From the NCBI GenBank assembly GCA_976226885.1, contig OZ320319.1, forward strand, positions 32,674,001 through 32,738,000: a DNA stretch of 64,000 nt, written 5' to 3'. Shown here piece by piece: positions 27,901 to 60,956 of this stretch; the first letter of the stretch is position 1; each line of letters begins with the position of its first letter. The notes beneath the pieces were generated by a model that did no database searches, was not told the origin of the DNA, and was given only the letters and a program-made list of their open reading frames with translations. Both the position numbers and the translations under genes were made by a program. The DNA comes from Iphione sp. A-MEVVRFRX5. Lineage: Eukaryota.

Positions 27901-30900
27901 TCACATTCTTATACACTTTTCTTTAGATATTGGTTATTGAAGAAGTATAGAGTATGGTGGCGCACCGCGTCTACTGCGCGGTTCGGTCTAGCAGTGCCTC
28001 AAAGTAATTCACTAAACTCCCAGACTCTGATATTTGAGGTACAGTAAATATAAAAATTATTGGCTGTTCCTAAAAGAAATATGTTGTCTGTTATGACAAA
28101 TCGCCCCATAGATTCAACATAAACAAATACATACTCCCCATTCTTTGAAGGGGCCCATTTGTGACAACAACCGGGGAAAACAATTGCTTGACTGAAAATT
28201 GCTGTCGGTGGTTTCTTTTGAATGTATCAATGCGCATCTCGCCACAATTGATGGCTTGCACTCGTTGAAACGCCGCTGATATGGATCATTGTCCGGCCGG
28301 CCTTAAGCTATTGTTTCAGTGTGCGCGCGAGTTTGGCTCGCCTGTATCTTGACACACGCTTGCCTCAGGTGAATCGGACCGCGCTGATCCAGCCACGTTC
28401 CCAGCTACCGTGTCAAGAGGGAGGATGCCATATAGGTGGGTCACGCGTAGCTCCGATACAGCATCGGTGTAGACAATCAACGGGTGTCAGAAAGCAACAT
28501 ATGCATTTAGTTCAACTTTATTTGATACACCGTCTGCTTGGCCTAGAACCAACATACAATGTACATTTTTGTGGTGTTTGGTATTTTATGTTGTAGACGC
28601 TTGTTTACCAAAACATGATTTACCACAGACATTAAGTGGGTTGTTTTTCGTAGAAGGTGAACGGCGACCTCGGATATTTTTTTTTATGACAGAGAGGCTC
28701 TCTTTGTAGAGCTTGATGTTTAGATATACCTGGTCGAGAGATAACGTTTATCAGTGTCTGCCCAAATGATGTTCACCAGGGCTATTGCCATGGTAAACAT
28801 GTTCCTGATAAAGGCCCATCCTAACGGTTTCGGTCGAGATTTGCCACTTTTGAATGATAAATATTATCAGATAATCCGGCTGGTACTCAACCTGTTCAGG
28901 ATGGGGATATCGCCATCGGATCTTGCAGTGTACACCAATCAGTTAATCAGATTTTTATTCTCGGATTCAAAATCCTGAAAACTTATTAACTGTGTAACAA
29001 AGACTCGCACGCTTTTAATTGATATTATCTCCATATGTTTAGGTATTACTTTGTCATCATATACCTAAACTCCTGCTGGTTTCTATGAAAATACAATCCC
29101 TTGGAAAATCACAGTGAAAAAAGGCCGGTCTATTTTGCTGCATTGTATTTCGCGCTTTATATGCATAATGTCTGTTGGAGTTTGATACAGGTGCCTACGG
29201 CATGTTGTTAGGTTTACTTTAGGCTCGATATCCTCTGTAATTAGCTCAGCATAGACCACGACTCATTTCAATCGGAAATATTTCCATTGTGTATACTTTT
29301 TCTGTGGTTAATGACGCACAAACATGGTTCTGGTCAGCGGCGAATACAGACGACATCTGAACGTTTGAAAGCGGCTTTCTTCAAGTCGTCCTCCGCTGGG
29401 AACGCCCGGAGGGCCGAAGTACACCCACGGAGAGAGGGCACCTTCCGCCACTGGCCTTCAGCCTAAAGAAAGAACACTGCCATCGTCCGTTACTTTTTTG
29501 TTACTGTGTATTGTCCGGTGCCGGTCCTAACGGAAGTAAATGCTAAGATGGAGTTCCCCTGGGAAAATAACACCTTCGGAGTGAGAAGGCCGAGGGTGTC
29601 ATTAAGGCAGTCAACTTGGGGTTTAACTGGTTCCCTTCACGCAAGTTGCATAGAGAAGCTACCGCGGCGGTGACTTATAATTATATGCGACGATTAATCA
29701 AAAGGCTACATATGACCACGCCTTCCAGCTGGTGCCTGTGTGGTCACGTGCTCTTTGTGAGGACGTTGGCGACAGGAAGTTGCCAGTTTCAACTGGTACT
29801 TTCCACATGAAACCAGACTGACCATTACTACTGTGACGGCGTGTTAAGGAGACTAATCACTGTGCTAATTGGGAGTAATACCAATGCATGTTTCTGTGTC
29901 TCTCTCTAATCAGCAGCCCCTCAGTGACAGTGTACGGGTATCTTTTTGATTCAAATCACTGTAAATACAGTTGTACCGCCATGATTGATTGAGCGTCATT
30001 ATTTTCCGATAAAGCCGAAACCAGATCACCTATTATCCCCAAGGCTCAGTCAATCCAGTCATTGTGAATCACCTGGATCTTGTACGCCCCTGGCTGGGCT
30101 CGTGGTGACGTATGGCGACTCTGAACACAGTACATGCACACTCATCTAGAGCCTTGCTGGTATACGTGCCAAAAGACTTACTCTAGTCTACCCATATGTT
30201 CCATATTTTCAGCATACTGCTGTACCTTTCGAATGCATTCTTGAATGAAGCAGAAAACCTTTATTAGCGTAATGGATATGACATCGTTATAGACCTACTT
30301 GTTCATAGATTTCCTTAAAGCATTTCTTTTTCAGTTAGATGGCAAAAGATGGGTATACGTTTATATTGCAAGTGGCTCTTTCAGAGAATCCTTCGGATTA
30401 GTTACATTTAAGCTTAGATGATTATTGATGTTGGAAAACTGAGGGAAAGCAGGTCATTCGTGTAGTTGTAGGTTAAAGGGTCGAGTCCAGATTGAAACAA
30501 GCTGCATCTTTTTCATGCTCTGAATGGCATAGGAAGATAGGAAGATGTACGCTATGACACGCTGTATTTTGGTAGAAAACTCCGCTTGTTAATGTCCTAA
30601 CCAAATGTTGTCTGGTTCTACAGTGGCTTCCCCCGTAGAAGGTTGTTTTTTTTTTATCAGCACAAGATTGTTTTTTAGCAGCAAGGGCAGAGCTATAGTC
30701 AACACAATGGACTTGCTTCCAATGCTTTTTTCTCCGTTGAGATAACTTGTGCTTTACCTTCGGATAAATGCTAAAACACGCCTTTGATCCAAAGGTTTCA
30801 CTTTGAGAGCTCTTGTCAGGAATCGTCAAGGGGGATGGGTTAGAGAATTTCACCTAGGAGTGCCGTCAAGCACCTGAGCACACGAAGGACATCCACCTGA

Positions 30901-33900
30901 TTACACCAAGATCCGGGATCAGTGGAGAAGGGAGACTCCATCTAGTATCACTGCTTCCCCTCAGGTCCTGTACCACCAGCAGCACATTACCCCCACCTAC
31001 ACACTTGCCGCTCAGACTGCGTATATATAAAATATATATTTATGTGTGTGTACATATCGCTCCTTTGGCGCCAGTCGGAACGTTCCTGCAAGATTAAAGT
31101 TCTTTGATCAACCTTGCATGTGGGCTTTATTCATCGCCTATCAGATGCAAGTAAACATGAAGCAAAACAAATTTTATGACCCGGCAGTCTGCAGCACGAT
31201 AAATTAAGGCACTATTAAAGCACATATTTCTTTTGATGATACTCTTTTTTGTTGTATCTCTCACTACAAAGAGTTGCTTATAAACAGTGGTTCATTTGAA
31301 ACACCGGAAATGTTGCTGATGATATCGCGAGGGCATCAGATATTGACCGTGTGTAAAATATAAAACTTTCCATCCATGTTCATTACTCCTAGACCATTTT
31401 TGTATCCGTCCTCTTTATTTACCTCATGCGAATCGAGTGTGATCATTTTTCCTTAGCAACCCGAATCTCTTTGGAGCAGAAATAAGGTTAATCCAGGGTC
31501 TCAGAAAAAGGTGTTTGCCTCAGGACAGGCCGATTGAATGGATCTCCGATCCAAGTCTGTGTCCAGACAATGGTCGATCAAGAGTCTCTGTTTGCAGCCA
31601 AAGTATCAGTATACAGCGTCCAACCAAGGGGATCTGCGCCAGTTTTGTCCTCCCGCCGACGGTCCTCTCTCATCTCGAGTCACCGGTTTCTCGATATGAG
31701 ACGGCGAAGTCTGTCTTACCTAAAAGGAAACTGCTGTTTGCGAAGATCCATAATTACAAATTCAATAGTTCTAAGGTCAAGGGTTGTATAGATATTGCTT
31801 TCAGGTGTAGGTCTCATATGATGGTGTCTTGCAATGCTCTTGTTTGAATCTATTTGATATTGTCTGATAGAGGTTCGTGGTCAGCGCATTGGAGAGACCA
31901 TCCTATGTTTTATTATGGGTGATGGTGGATGCTCCCGTTTATTACCCGAACTGTTTGATCTGGGTGTGTGGGATGTAGAGACAGGTGAGCTCAGGTGAGA
32001 GTGGCTGCTCCACTTGTTTCCTAGCAAAAAGCCTGAAGAGTTCTCATATCCCATTACTCTTCCCCAACAGCGTCCGACTTGTCACATTAAAGCCCGGCGG
32101 ACGGGGCGCTGTAAGGCTTTGAAACGGTCTCCGACGGGCAATCAGCGCTTGCAAAGACCTCGAGAATGTGAGAAATTAAGGCAGGCAGCGCTCAGTTGCA
32201 GAAAGGAAGGCGTAGAAAGCAAGGCCAACCCGGGTGTAGTTTGTACCGCTTACTCTCGACTTCCGCTTAGGGTAGCGACGTCGATAAACAGGATCGGCGT
32301 AGTAGGCAAACAGTCCATCTATACGTCGCCCGTAGTAGGCAGAGCAGATCGGTTAGAGATGCACACAGTCATGTTTGTGCGAACGTGTTCATGTATGTCT
32401 ACGAGAGTTGAGGGAGCTATGAGCTCAATCTGTTCAGCCTGAAAGGCTCTCAGTGAAACAGAACGTGAATACCTGATTTCTTATAACTAAAAAAAAAGTA
32501 AGATCTCAAGGAAAAAGTGGTTTGCCTAATGATTCTTTATTCCATCTTTTGACTAGTACCCCCGAATGACTTTTCCTTGAATAGCCGAGGGAAGGATTGG
32601 CGCAATGTTGTGCACACTTGAGAATTTCTGGGTTTGTCACATGCACTTGATGACCTACGCCAGTTATACAGGACTTATGACTATTAATATTTACATTCTA
32701 TTGAGGGAAATATCCCCCTACAAACCCCTTGTTCCAGTGCCCGATTACCAGGGTCCACTCTTCTTACGTACGTATGGAGTAATTAAGACATGCGTATAAT
32801 AACGAGTTCTATCCTGGAGATATCCTGCCGTGTTAATTGTCGGGGTAATAAGTGCTCCTGCTCCTTAACTAGGCTACCTCAAGGCAAATTGTCAAAATAC
32901 GGGCTCCAGTCGGAGGTCACGAATGGCGCTGTATGTCACAGTGCAACATACATACTGAACCTCTATAGTTGTATTGTCTCTTCGAGAGGATTCTCCTGTT
33001 TATACATTAAACATTGTTAAACAAAACATGCATAACGTCTTCTAATGTTGTATAAAATATACGGAGTCCGTGCAAAGGGATAACCGCTGGGGAAAAAAGA
33101 GTTTTAAAGTTGAATACAATGTATGTCCACCTCATGACAAAGCGCTTCTATACGGTCTTCTGTCTCTGGGATTTTTCTCAAGAATGAGACGGATGCACGA
33201 CGATCGATGCTTTATATTTGTCCAGGCTATCTTTGCCAGCATTGTCCACTGTTAGTCCTTTGGTGCGGTTTTTTATGATGAATACAACGCCAATATCAAA
33301 CGAAAAAGCATAGATTTCCATAGAGGACAACATAGTCTTAGCCAGCCAGCGTGAGTTGAGAAGCGTATGTCTGGTGTTGGTGAACTTAAGTTTCATCTTG
33401 TGCAAACCCCATGACAGACACGGACGTGATCCGAAGGAATAATTCAAGAAGCCTTCACCGTACATGTTTAGTGTTTTGTAGAGTTAGTTGTTAGTTTGGT
33501 GTTTGGTGGAATTTCTGTTGTTGGTCGCTTGTGAAGGACTTTCGCAAGACTAAATATTTTTTTGGCCTGTAAATTTTACTTTCCACCGTTGTAATAAATT
33601 GATGTCAGGCTCTCATCCGAAAAGTCTATTCAGAATTCCTTTCTATTTTCATAGGTCTTACCATAACATTTGTTTGATTACGTGTGGTCTCTTGTTTTAC
33701 CTAGTGAGAGTAAAGTTGTGTTTAAGTGCAAGTACTAATTGACTGACGCTTTCGACAGGTTTCCTCTCAAAATAGTCACTGTGATGCTAGTCGTTTTGAT
33801 TATTTTGACAGTTTTGCCAGGAGAAACGCTCTTTACCGGCCAGACAATGGCTCTGAAAGTCTCTGTTGAAGCCCAAAGAGCCTCTTATTCAGGTTGTGAT

Positions 33901-34189
33901 GCTCTGTTTACATTCATGTACTACAGTTAAGCCTATCCTAAAGGATGCCGCAAAACTCTCGAACTGTCTCAAACTGCCACCTACCCCCGTCATTATTCAC
34001 GGATATTTCAACAACTGCGATGTTGCATGTCCTTAGAATACTTTGCTTGGCGATTCTCATTTAGCAGCAAAATATTTTTCGTACTTTTTCTTATCATCAT
34101 AATCATGCATACAGTTACCTTGCGAAACGTTTAAGGGCTTTACGGTAAACATACAAATGGGTAGCTTTTGGCCCGTTTTAGACAATCAG

Positions 34190-34486
34190 TAATGGCGCGT
34201 CACAAAGCCCGGTCAATCCGGAAGGGCTTACGGAGGGCTTATGCAGCCACCAATTAGTAGACACTGTCCATCCTCTACAGCCCCCTCTGGTGGGGACAGC
34301 AGCGGACCTTCAGGGGAAGTGGGCACTGACCACACGGTCCAGCGGACCGGCCAGCTTTGGCGCGGAAAGCACAAGTAGCCCCTCCTCCTCCCTAAGCACA
34401 CAAAACACCCTTGTACACCGAATCCTGAAGAGGTGTGATGTATTCAGAAAGGTTCTTGCAGATCAACGGGCCAGACGGCTGTCGGG
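34190..34486 (+). promoter_or_regulatory. Candidate FGFR promoter / 5' UTR (CpG-rich)
   Basis: ETS-type CCGGAAG (34218-34224) and CCAAT (34250-34254) in a GC-rich block ending in a splice donor at 34532; the FGFR signal exon begins with an acceptor, so an upstream exon must exist. Confidence 0.4.
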
Positions 34487-34531
34487 ATGGTGGAGGCTTC
34501 GTCTCCAGACTCCGCCACTGCGCCCATTCAG
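34487..34531 (+). CDS. FGFR: Candidate upstream first coding exon of FGFR (MVEASSPDSATAPIQ)
   Basis: Strong-context ATG (gggATGG) with an in-frame upstream TGA (34436-34438). 45 nt ending CAG|GTACAC, phase 0. Joins in frame to the acceptor at 35730-35731, whose 84 nt before ATG 35816 are open (LADHSSVPLLDEERPASAARHGRWEALR). Confidence 0.45.
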
Positions 34532-35792
34532 GTACACACGTACAGGTGTTTCTATTACTTTTAATAGGTCCCACTAGGTCAAAGCTTCACCAGCATTTCT
34601 TGTCAATTTTTTGACCGTCTAGCATAGGGCCTCGGGACATTCCTTGTAACATAGAATTGGACTTTAATATCAAGGCAAAAACAGCAGGGGCTCGTTACGG
34701 GGAAGGGGCATTTTCTTTTGTGAGATTTGTCATATCAATGATGGGCTTCACTTCAGGGGGGAGTAGGTTTTTTTTTATTCCTGCGCGGCCTTCCCGCCAA
34801 ATGACAGATTTCTAAACGGAGAACCATTCGCATCCAGCTTGTAGCTTCTGCCGCCAATCACAGAATATACTCACATGACAAATACAACGGAGTGGGTGGA
34901 TTATACGAGAACGGGAGGTACGAAACCCGCCAACTCAGCGCCAGCCCTAACGTTCCCACGGGAGCTGTAAGGCACACCTGGTTTGAGGTACCTGGATGGT
35001 AAGGGCTAACACACTAGGCCTTTGATGTTCAAAGTGCAAAGACAAAAAGGGGATGCAAGTAGCTTGCCCGTATGGCTCCGTATGTCCACTGGGAATCAGG
35101 TAGGGCAAGCGGTTCGCGGGGCTACTAATCAAAAGATTAGCCCTTGTTGACCGAGGAATAATTAAAAGAGGGCCCTGGTGGGAACGAGTGTCAGCCAGAT
35201 AGGTGATACGTCAAAGGCTAATGCATTTGATGGGCAGCATGCATTAGCAGCGGCGGGAGGCCGATGTTTGAAGCAGTGTGTTTCTCACGTCTTCCTTGGT
35301 ACAGTAAGATATGGAAGAATTTTTGGACGTCAGGTAAATTACACAAAGGCACATAATTAGATGTATACATCGTTTTCGTGAAAATGTGATATAATTGCAT
35401 TGTCTCTTCTCGACGGAGCCATTTTATATAGATATATTCAATTAGTTGACAGGTCAATAAGGACAGTCAGACACATATTCCAATTGCTGAAATTAACCAT
35501 GTTATCTTTTATTATTTGCCAGTATTCCCATACCACAACCTGGTATAATGTAAATAATAGACGTATGACAAGAGTGATTATCAATATATGTGACCGTTCT
35601 ACTTTGTATTTATGAAATTAAAATAGAATAATATACCTCTGGTGTTCGCTAGCTCATCGTCCATTTCTTTGGTTTATTCATATTCGGTTTATTCTTGCAC
35701 TCGTATACATGTGCTTTATTTCCCCTTTCAGCTGGCTGACCACTCCAGTGTGCCTCTCTTAGACGAGGAGAGGCCGGCGTCCGCTGCCCGCC

Positions 35793-35815
35793 ATGGCCGT
35801 TGGGAGGCGTTGCGA

Positions 35816-35819
<4 letters not shown>
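35793..35819 (+). promoter_or_regulatory. 8-codon upstream ORF (MAVGRRCE) whose stop overlaps the FGFR ATG (ATGA)
   Basis: cccgccATGG strong Kozak at 35793-35795, out of frame with FGFR; TGA at 35817-35819 overlaps ATG 35816-35818. Confidence 0.6.
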
Positions 35820-54151
<18,332 letters not shown>

Positions 54152-56342
54152 CGCAGTCGACGCGCAACTGTAGCGCACCCACCTTGATGCTCTGCCTCCT
54201 GTGCTGTTAAAAAAAAGAACATGTCTTAATAGAAACATATTGAACATATCACAGGTACAAGTGTCTCCGCTCGCGGACGACGTACGTTACAAGCATAACA
54301 CTGTGTTGTCTCTGGCGATTGCTCAGAGACTACGAAACGGACCAAAGTCTCACTGCCACAAGCATCCCCATATTCAGGACCCATTGCTGTTTCGCACAAA
54401 CTCTATATGGAGAGAGTTATACGGAGGACTCCTGGAAGGGATATTGGACAAAAATCCTCTGACGCCCCCACAAGCCCATCATAATTAAGACTGGCCGACT
54501 GCGCGTGAAGTGGCGCCTATGGGTTGTCGTTGTTTAGTTGTGCATATCAATACTGTATATAAGGAAAACACTTATTTACTTATTACAAGGGGTTCCGAGT
54601 AAACCCACTGGTGCTAAAATATAACGAAAGAAATGCTGAACTGTACCACACGGAGAAGATGTGTGGAATTGTTTTCTGCGTGTCGTTGCACGTGGTCAGA
54701 TCAGTCCAAACAACTTAGAAACCACAGGTATTACATACTTATATATTCGCGTCTGTATTGCGATCTTTAAGGTTCTCACCGGGTCTTCCAAATCCTGCAG
54801 GCAGCAGATCGTCAAGTTACAGTGTTACTTTCGTCAGCCTTTCCGTTACTATGGTTTGTTCGTGTCGTGACGGTTTTCACAAAGGAGAGTGGCCTTAATT
54901 ATCAATGCAGGCTCTTCGTCATTGTATAATAATTGGGAGTAGAATTAGATACCAGACATGCACAAGCCACTTCCCTGGCAAATTAATTCAGTATAGGTTA
55001 TCTATCATCCTCCGTCCCAAGATGCAAAATAAACGCTGTCTTTACAGTAGCCTTTCGTTTACACGTACATGGGTAACCGGCAGTAGGTATCACTTTACTT
55101 AAATATGTCCACACGAACAATCCTGAAGAAATTCTTGTCATCATATAATATTATAATTAACCATGTCCATATGTGAAGGTGTCCGCACCGTTGAAGAACT
55201 ACTGCCACGATGTAAATATTTTGTAAAATAAAAAGTGATGTTTCTATTTACGGCTGAAATACTGATCAAGGACCCCTCATCGGTTCCAGAATTAGGGTTG
55301 TGTACACAGATTTTGTTAATCGTCTAGACATTCCATACACATTTACTCGTATTCGACACTTCTCAGTGATCTAGCGTGTTCATATGCAAACATTCCACAG
55401 TGTTATCTAGAGCATTCCAGTACGTTTAAATAGACTGCATTCTGAATGCTCCTCATCTGTTGAGAGACAATATTTGCATTTATGTTTGTAAGGTGCGTTT
55501 TCGAGAGGGGTCATGTCTTTTATACCGTGCTTTTTTTTACTAATTTGATAGGACAAAATGTCTCTAATAACTTTGGCCTCGATTTTTCTGTGCCCTTTTG
55601 TACGTGAACCAAACAGGTAAAGACCCACAGACACCTATATTAAGATGTCACATGAGAGATTCTGATGTTCGGGCCACAAATGTGTTCATTGAAACGTATG
55701 GTTCATTTTGATAGGTTCAGATTGTGTTCAGTATAAACGGCAACATTTTCTATTTCGAAGTTTTACTTACGAGTGATATCTGTATGTTTTTTACAGTTAC
55801 TTTCGTTTTGCAAATGAGAAACTTTTGTTCAGTTGTCAGTATTCTTTTCAATGTTTTTCATCCTTTGTTATGGCTCATCAAACTTATGAATCGAAGATTT
55901 TATTTCATTCCCTCGACGTGCATCCTTTTGATTTGATGCCTATTGCTAAAGCTGTATTTATTCTTTGAGGGTACATCAGTTATTGTCATTGCTGCAGACG
56001 TATTAAAGAGAGTTATCTTTGCTCCAACGAAATCCTCTTGATAAGGTTTACAAGCGAAAACTGAGCAAGCGATGTGCGTTTCATTTACATATTGTATATT
56101 CTGTATATAATTTGCGTAATATAGAGATGACATCCGATCCAGAGCAAGATCGCTTCTCATACGTATGTGTTCATCTACGAGGCTTCGTTTCAAAAGCAAT
56201 ATGGTCTTCAGTTTTATTTTAATAGAAAAAATTGTGTTGTTTCCGATAATATCCGTGTCATTATACTTCAGAATGTACATGTATTCTTTTTGTCTGAGAT
56301 CAATACATCACGACATTCCCATCGTTTCTTCAAACATTGTTG

Positions 56343-56463
56343 AATAAATGAAAATGTACTTGAAGTGTACTGAAGGAAAATACATGTAAACTTACTTATT
56401 AATTTGTATCTGTGTGGATCAGATGCTTCATTCATTTGTACATATCTGATTAGTTTTAATAAA
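56343..56463 (+). terminator. Candidate FGFR polyadenylation signals (AATAAA 56343-56348 and 56458-56463; a proximal one at 55227-55232)
   Basis: Canonical hexamers after a long AT-rich 3' UTR-like tract, with T/GT-rich sequence downstream of the distal one. Confidence 0.45.
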
Positions 56464-59400
56464 GCTGCCGGCAGTTGCGATTCTAAGTCTTATTTTACTT
56501 GAAACCATTCTGTTTTGAGAGTATAATAGCAAGTTTTGTCATAAGGTTTTTTCAAACTTGATAGGTCAAATTACAAATAGTGAGGTGCTGGAAAATGGTA
56601 TATATTTAATGTATATGTATATCATATTCCAGTGCAAATAAAATTTGAAAATAGAGATGTGCCACTTCAGAATAAATCTCGGGGAAGTTTCTTTGTCAAC
56701 AGTAGACAGGCCTAGCTCAGTGTATGTGGGGCAATGCATAGGACATAACATCACCGAAATTTGGCCCCGAGATGTATCCCTTTGTCTCATATTACGGAGG
56801 GCTATGTAGGTGGCGCATGGCCATTAGTGTCAAAGAGGGACTAGGGTTATCCTGATCAGACCAGATAAGGGAAATGTACCATTATACATGATAGACGAGA
56901 CAGGTGAACAATATCATTCTGCGCACTGCTGGCCACTTGGGTGCATTTCCAGCACGCTGCCCCTGGGCGCAGACCATCAAAAAAGGCCTTTTGCTATTAT
57001 TGTGCAATTATATATAATTTTCTGTAGAGAGAAGCCAAGCGAATAGGCAGCTATTTATAACGCCGCCCTTGAACTCCCCATGTCTTGGAGCTCTTACATA
57101 TATAGCGCAAAGCTATGCAGATACGTGCGATACTGATGGCTAGAGTCCTGTGGTGGCCAAGTGCAGGAAATTATAAGTTGTTCTCCATGTCTTACGCATG
57201 CAAGACAACGCCTGATTGCCGCGTCGCCCGCGGCAGTTTTCTGTGGTTTTCTGCTGTAGAGTCCTGTGTTATTGGGGGGGGGGGGTTATTATACGCTACC
57301 CCCTGCCTCCCGATTGGAATGTGACATCTTGTGGGCAAGGGTGTAGGGAGATCGTCGCATCGGTTCGCGCCCCGGCAGCCAGAGGCTCTGACGAGGCATT
57401 TAGGACGCATGACCAAAGGCGCTGGGTAGCAGCTATTACATTGCTCACGGCCTGTGGACTCCACCATCGCATACCCGAAACAACAGGAGAACACCAGGAG
57501 CTTTGAAAAAGGTGGGCGGGGGATTGAACCGAGAAAAACAGCCTCTTACACTTTATAGGAGGCGTACGCAGCGACACAGGTGGCTGCGCCCGCGGCGAAT
57601 TCCGCATGTTCGATCCAGGGGCGACTGAAGAGGGCGCCACTTTGCTGTCGAACGTTGTAATTGGCTCATTTTCAAGCATTAACGCCCGCGTCTGCACTCG
57701 CCAGACAGAGGAGAACAACGTAACACCTGTGCCGATTCTGTGCAGAAAAGATGTTTTACCAAAGTGTAATGTCAGAGCCCGTGAAAACATCCGACGAAAA
57801 AAGTAAACAGTTTAGTTTTTCTGAATTCGAATTCTCAAGCGTACTCAGGTTTAATTACATGCACTGGACTCGGTGTTTACCTGTGTTCAGGGCCGGCGAG
57901 CCTATTCGAAATATGTGATTAAAGATAAGTTCCAGATAGAGAATGTGTAGACAGATGATTATGGTTTAATGTATACGGTGAGTGGGAAAGGTAGACTGAA
58001 AGAGTGTGAGGCAAACAAGAAACTGTGATTTCATCTTACGTAATATGTGGACGTGCTTTATTGATCATACATGTAATACACTGTGTCCGCTGTGTAATGG
58101 AGAGGCACAGATCTGTGATCCAAGTGGCTAAGGATAAATTCAATCAATCGGTACAAAATGTACATAAAAACATAAAACGAAATTATTTAGTAATCAAATA
58201 ATTCATTAGAATTTTTAATGAATTTGCATGGTAGCACGGATGTATTCCAGTGGACACTGTGGACTTGCCACGCATAACAAAAAAAAAACAGAAATAAGTT
58301 TAAGTGCGTAACAAATGTTTTTTTCCCACCGGAGAATTTAATCTGAGAACATAAAATGAATGTCTCTGAAAGTTGTTTCGCACCGTGAAGTTCTCCAATT
58401 TCTATATTTTTTCCACAATACATGGCATTCAAAACATAGGAGAGATCAGGGCTGGTTAGGCGATTTTTGTTGCTTTTTTTACCTATTACTACCTATTACT
58501 ACTACTACTAGGATTTGAGTACCATGAAAATGCAAGCCATAGTACTTAACACTAATCATTAAAGCCACATCTATTTCAAAGCATGTAAGTACTACCTGAG
58601 AACACTTTCATTAATGAAAAAGTAAAACAACCAACCCCATACTGAGGGCTAGTTGGCAACCTCGGTAGACACTCTATTACAACATTGATGGATATCCAGG
58701 GTCGGATGGCAATGTTTTGAAAATCTTAAGTTCTAGGAGGCTATTGCTCTCCCTTATAATCAGGGCAACCATAAAAAGGCAATCAAGAAGGGGGATTCCT
58801 CTGTCCAGCAAAGTGCAGACCTTTCTGGTGCATGGGAAGCTAAGATTTGTGCTAGAAAAGCATGTCTCTATGTAAGAGATTGATGAAATCATTAGGATAG
58901 AATGGTATAGCCTCCATTACATGCTTACCAGCCCCAAGCAAATTTTAACCAACCACAAGTATATTCTTGGAGTGGATATTCGAGTGGTTTTGGGTCATTG
59001 CATCTAAACAAATGCCTATCAAGCTTAATTCAACGCAGATTTAAATGGAACCATATGATTATAATGTGATAACTTTATAGTTTTACGGGTGATAATAGTG
59101 GACTTTGTGCATATTCTTATGAGAAGTCTAAGTCCATGTAGAAATAAATGTAATGTACTGGATAAGGATAGTTCAATATATTTCTTGATTAAAATGTCAT
59201 ATTTAACACTAAATCAAAGCTATATTGTTAATGTAAGACCAAACATTTTAAAAGAGGGAAACCAACTTCCTTTCAGCTCCCCTACAGGCATCCTGCCCTG
59301 TGATTGCAACAGTGCATATCGCAAATGTGAAAGTTAGCCCTCTCGAAGAATATGATTATCTCCATACATGTGAAAACTTTACCATTAGTTTGCAGCTAAC

Positions 59401-60755
59401 ATAAATGCACTTAAGGGTTTCTCTCACGTGTCCTGATATTTCCGTGCTACTTCTCAACGCTTACGCAGAGGACCTCTCTGGATATCCTGTGGATAATTGC
59501 TTCTTGATGGTCAGAATATGTATTTTACTACTCGCTCCTATGGAATCCGCATGCAGGTGCAGAGAAAACCCATCCCTGACAGATGGAGATCTGTGTATGG
59601 ATATGTATGTAGAAAAGTCTGGACACATCTGAATAACTGTGGTGTTAAAACAAGCCTGGAAGGGTCTCTGCACACGTGTCTGGACGTTGGATGGACAAGT
59701 ATGGACACATATGAATAGCCCCTTATATAGAATTTCATACATTGGACAGAAAGAAATCAAAGCTCACTTCTACAAAAGATGCTATATGATTGTTTCCTAC
59801 TTATGAAAGGTAAATTTCAAAATCATATTTTTTATGATACATTTGTGACAAAACATGTAACGTCACTAAAAAAGTGTCCCAAACTGGCAGATATATAGCA
59901 CATGAAAAGTAAATCTACATTCAAGTTACCTGGTAATGGAGAAAATAACACAGAAAATGTCCCAACCTATCCTGTCACTGCCCGTGTCTCCCCTATACGA
60001 TTTGGTGAACATCATGGAGATTACAGCAAGTTTGCTTTTAATGATTATAATCAGTATTATACTTCAGTAAAATAATGTTTCAGGTTTAATTTCCACATGT
60101 GCGTTTTCACGGTTGGGTAACCGTGTTGTTATCATGATGTTTGGTGACAACAAGTAACAATACGAATCAAGGACCTAGCACTGTACACCATGCGCCACAC
60201 CAACATCTTTTCACATTCACAACATTCACAATTTTCATGGCTGTGTCTGTATATAACCATAGAAATACATGAATCAGGGCCCAGAGCCAGACTCAGGCCA
60301 GAGAGACATGTACCAAACTCATTACAAAACTGTACTAAATCTGCATATCAATTAAATGAAAGTGCACATTATTGCACATTGCATAAGTGGTCTGCTCCGT
60401 TGTATGTTTTTACATGAATTATTTACACGTTTGTGCATTTTTTATGGGATATTTACACTGCTGTCTGGTATTTAATTATTTATTTGATCTGTTCTGCAGA
60501 TTTTTTTCACGAATTTACTACTATACAGGCAGGCTAACGGGAAAAAAATCATGGTGACACAGTAACAGTTTTTATGGTGCTTCACAGTGCTGCAGTGAAA
60601 TGTATACATGGGAATTAGACCATAGTTTATCAAATAGCTCTATCCCTAAACTGTTTTAAGGTATACATGATTTTTCGCTGTCCTTGACATTTTATTTGAT
60701 GAAATATCCCATTATTACATTCTGTTTAAACCATCCTGTGCTCAGTACTGTGCAC

Positions 60756-60956
60756 TAAGGCCGTGTTCTCATGCATCCGAAAAAATGGATATGGCTTACA
60801 GGATGTTTTTTTTTAATCTTACCATAGGTGTTGTACTAATATGTTCACATCCATTGTAAACGGATACGGACCTGTGGGCTTATTCAGAAACCATCGGCGA
60901 TTGAGTTTCTACGGACACCCATCCATTTCCCACAGGAAACAATGTTAAAGATGCTG
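60756..60956. mobile_element. Left part of a MITE of the same family as 36149-36538, running toward the assembly gap
   Basis: taaGGCCgtgttctcatgcatccg resembles the reverse complement of the 36451-36479 terminus; cggatacggacctgtgg (60861-60877) is similar to the reverse complement of sequence near 36195-36210. Confidence 0.5.

Noticed and set aside
57500-57625. tRNA B-box-like motifs (GTTCGATCC on +, GGTTCAATCC followed by TTTTT on -)
   Set aside because: No A-box at the correct spacing and no cloverleaf; not a tRNA or a supportable SINE head.
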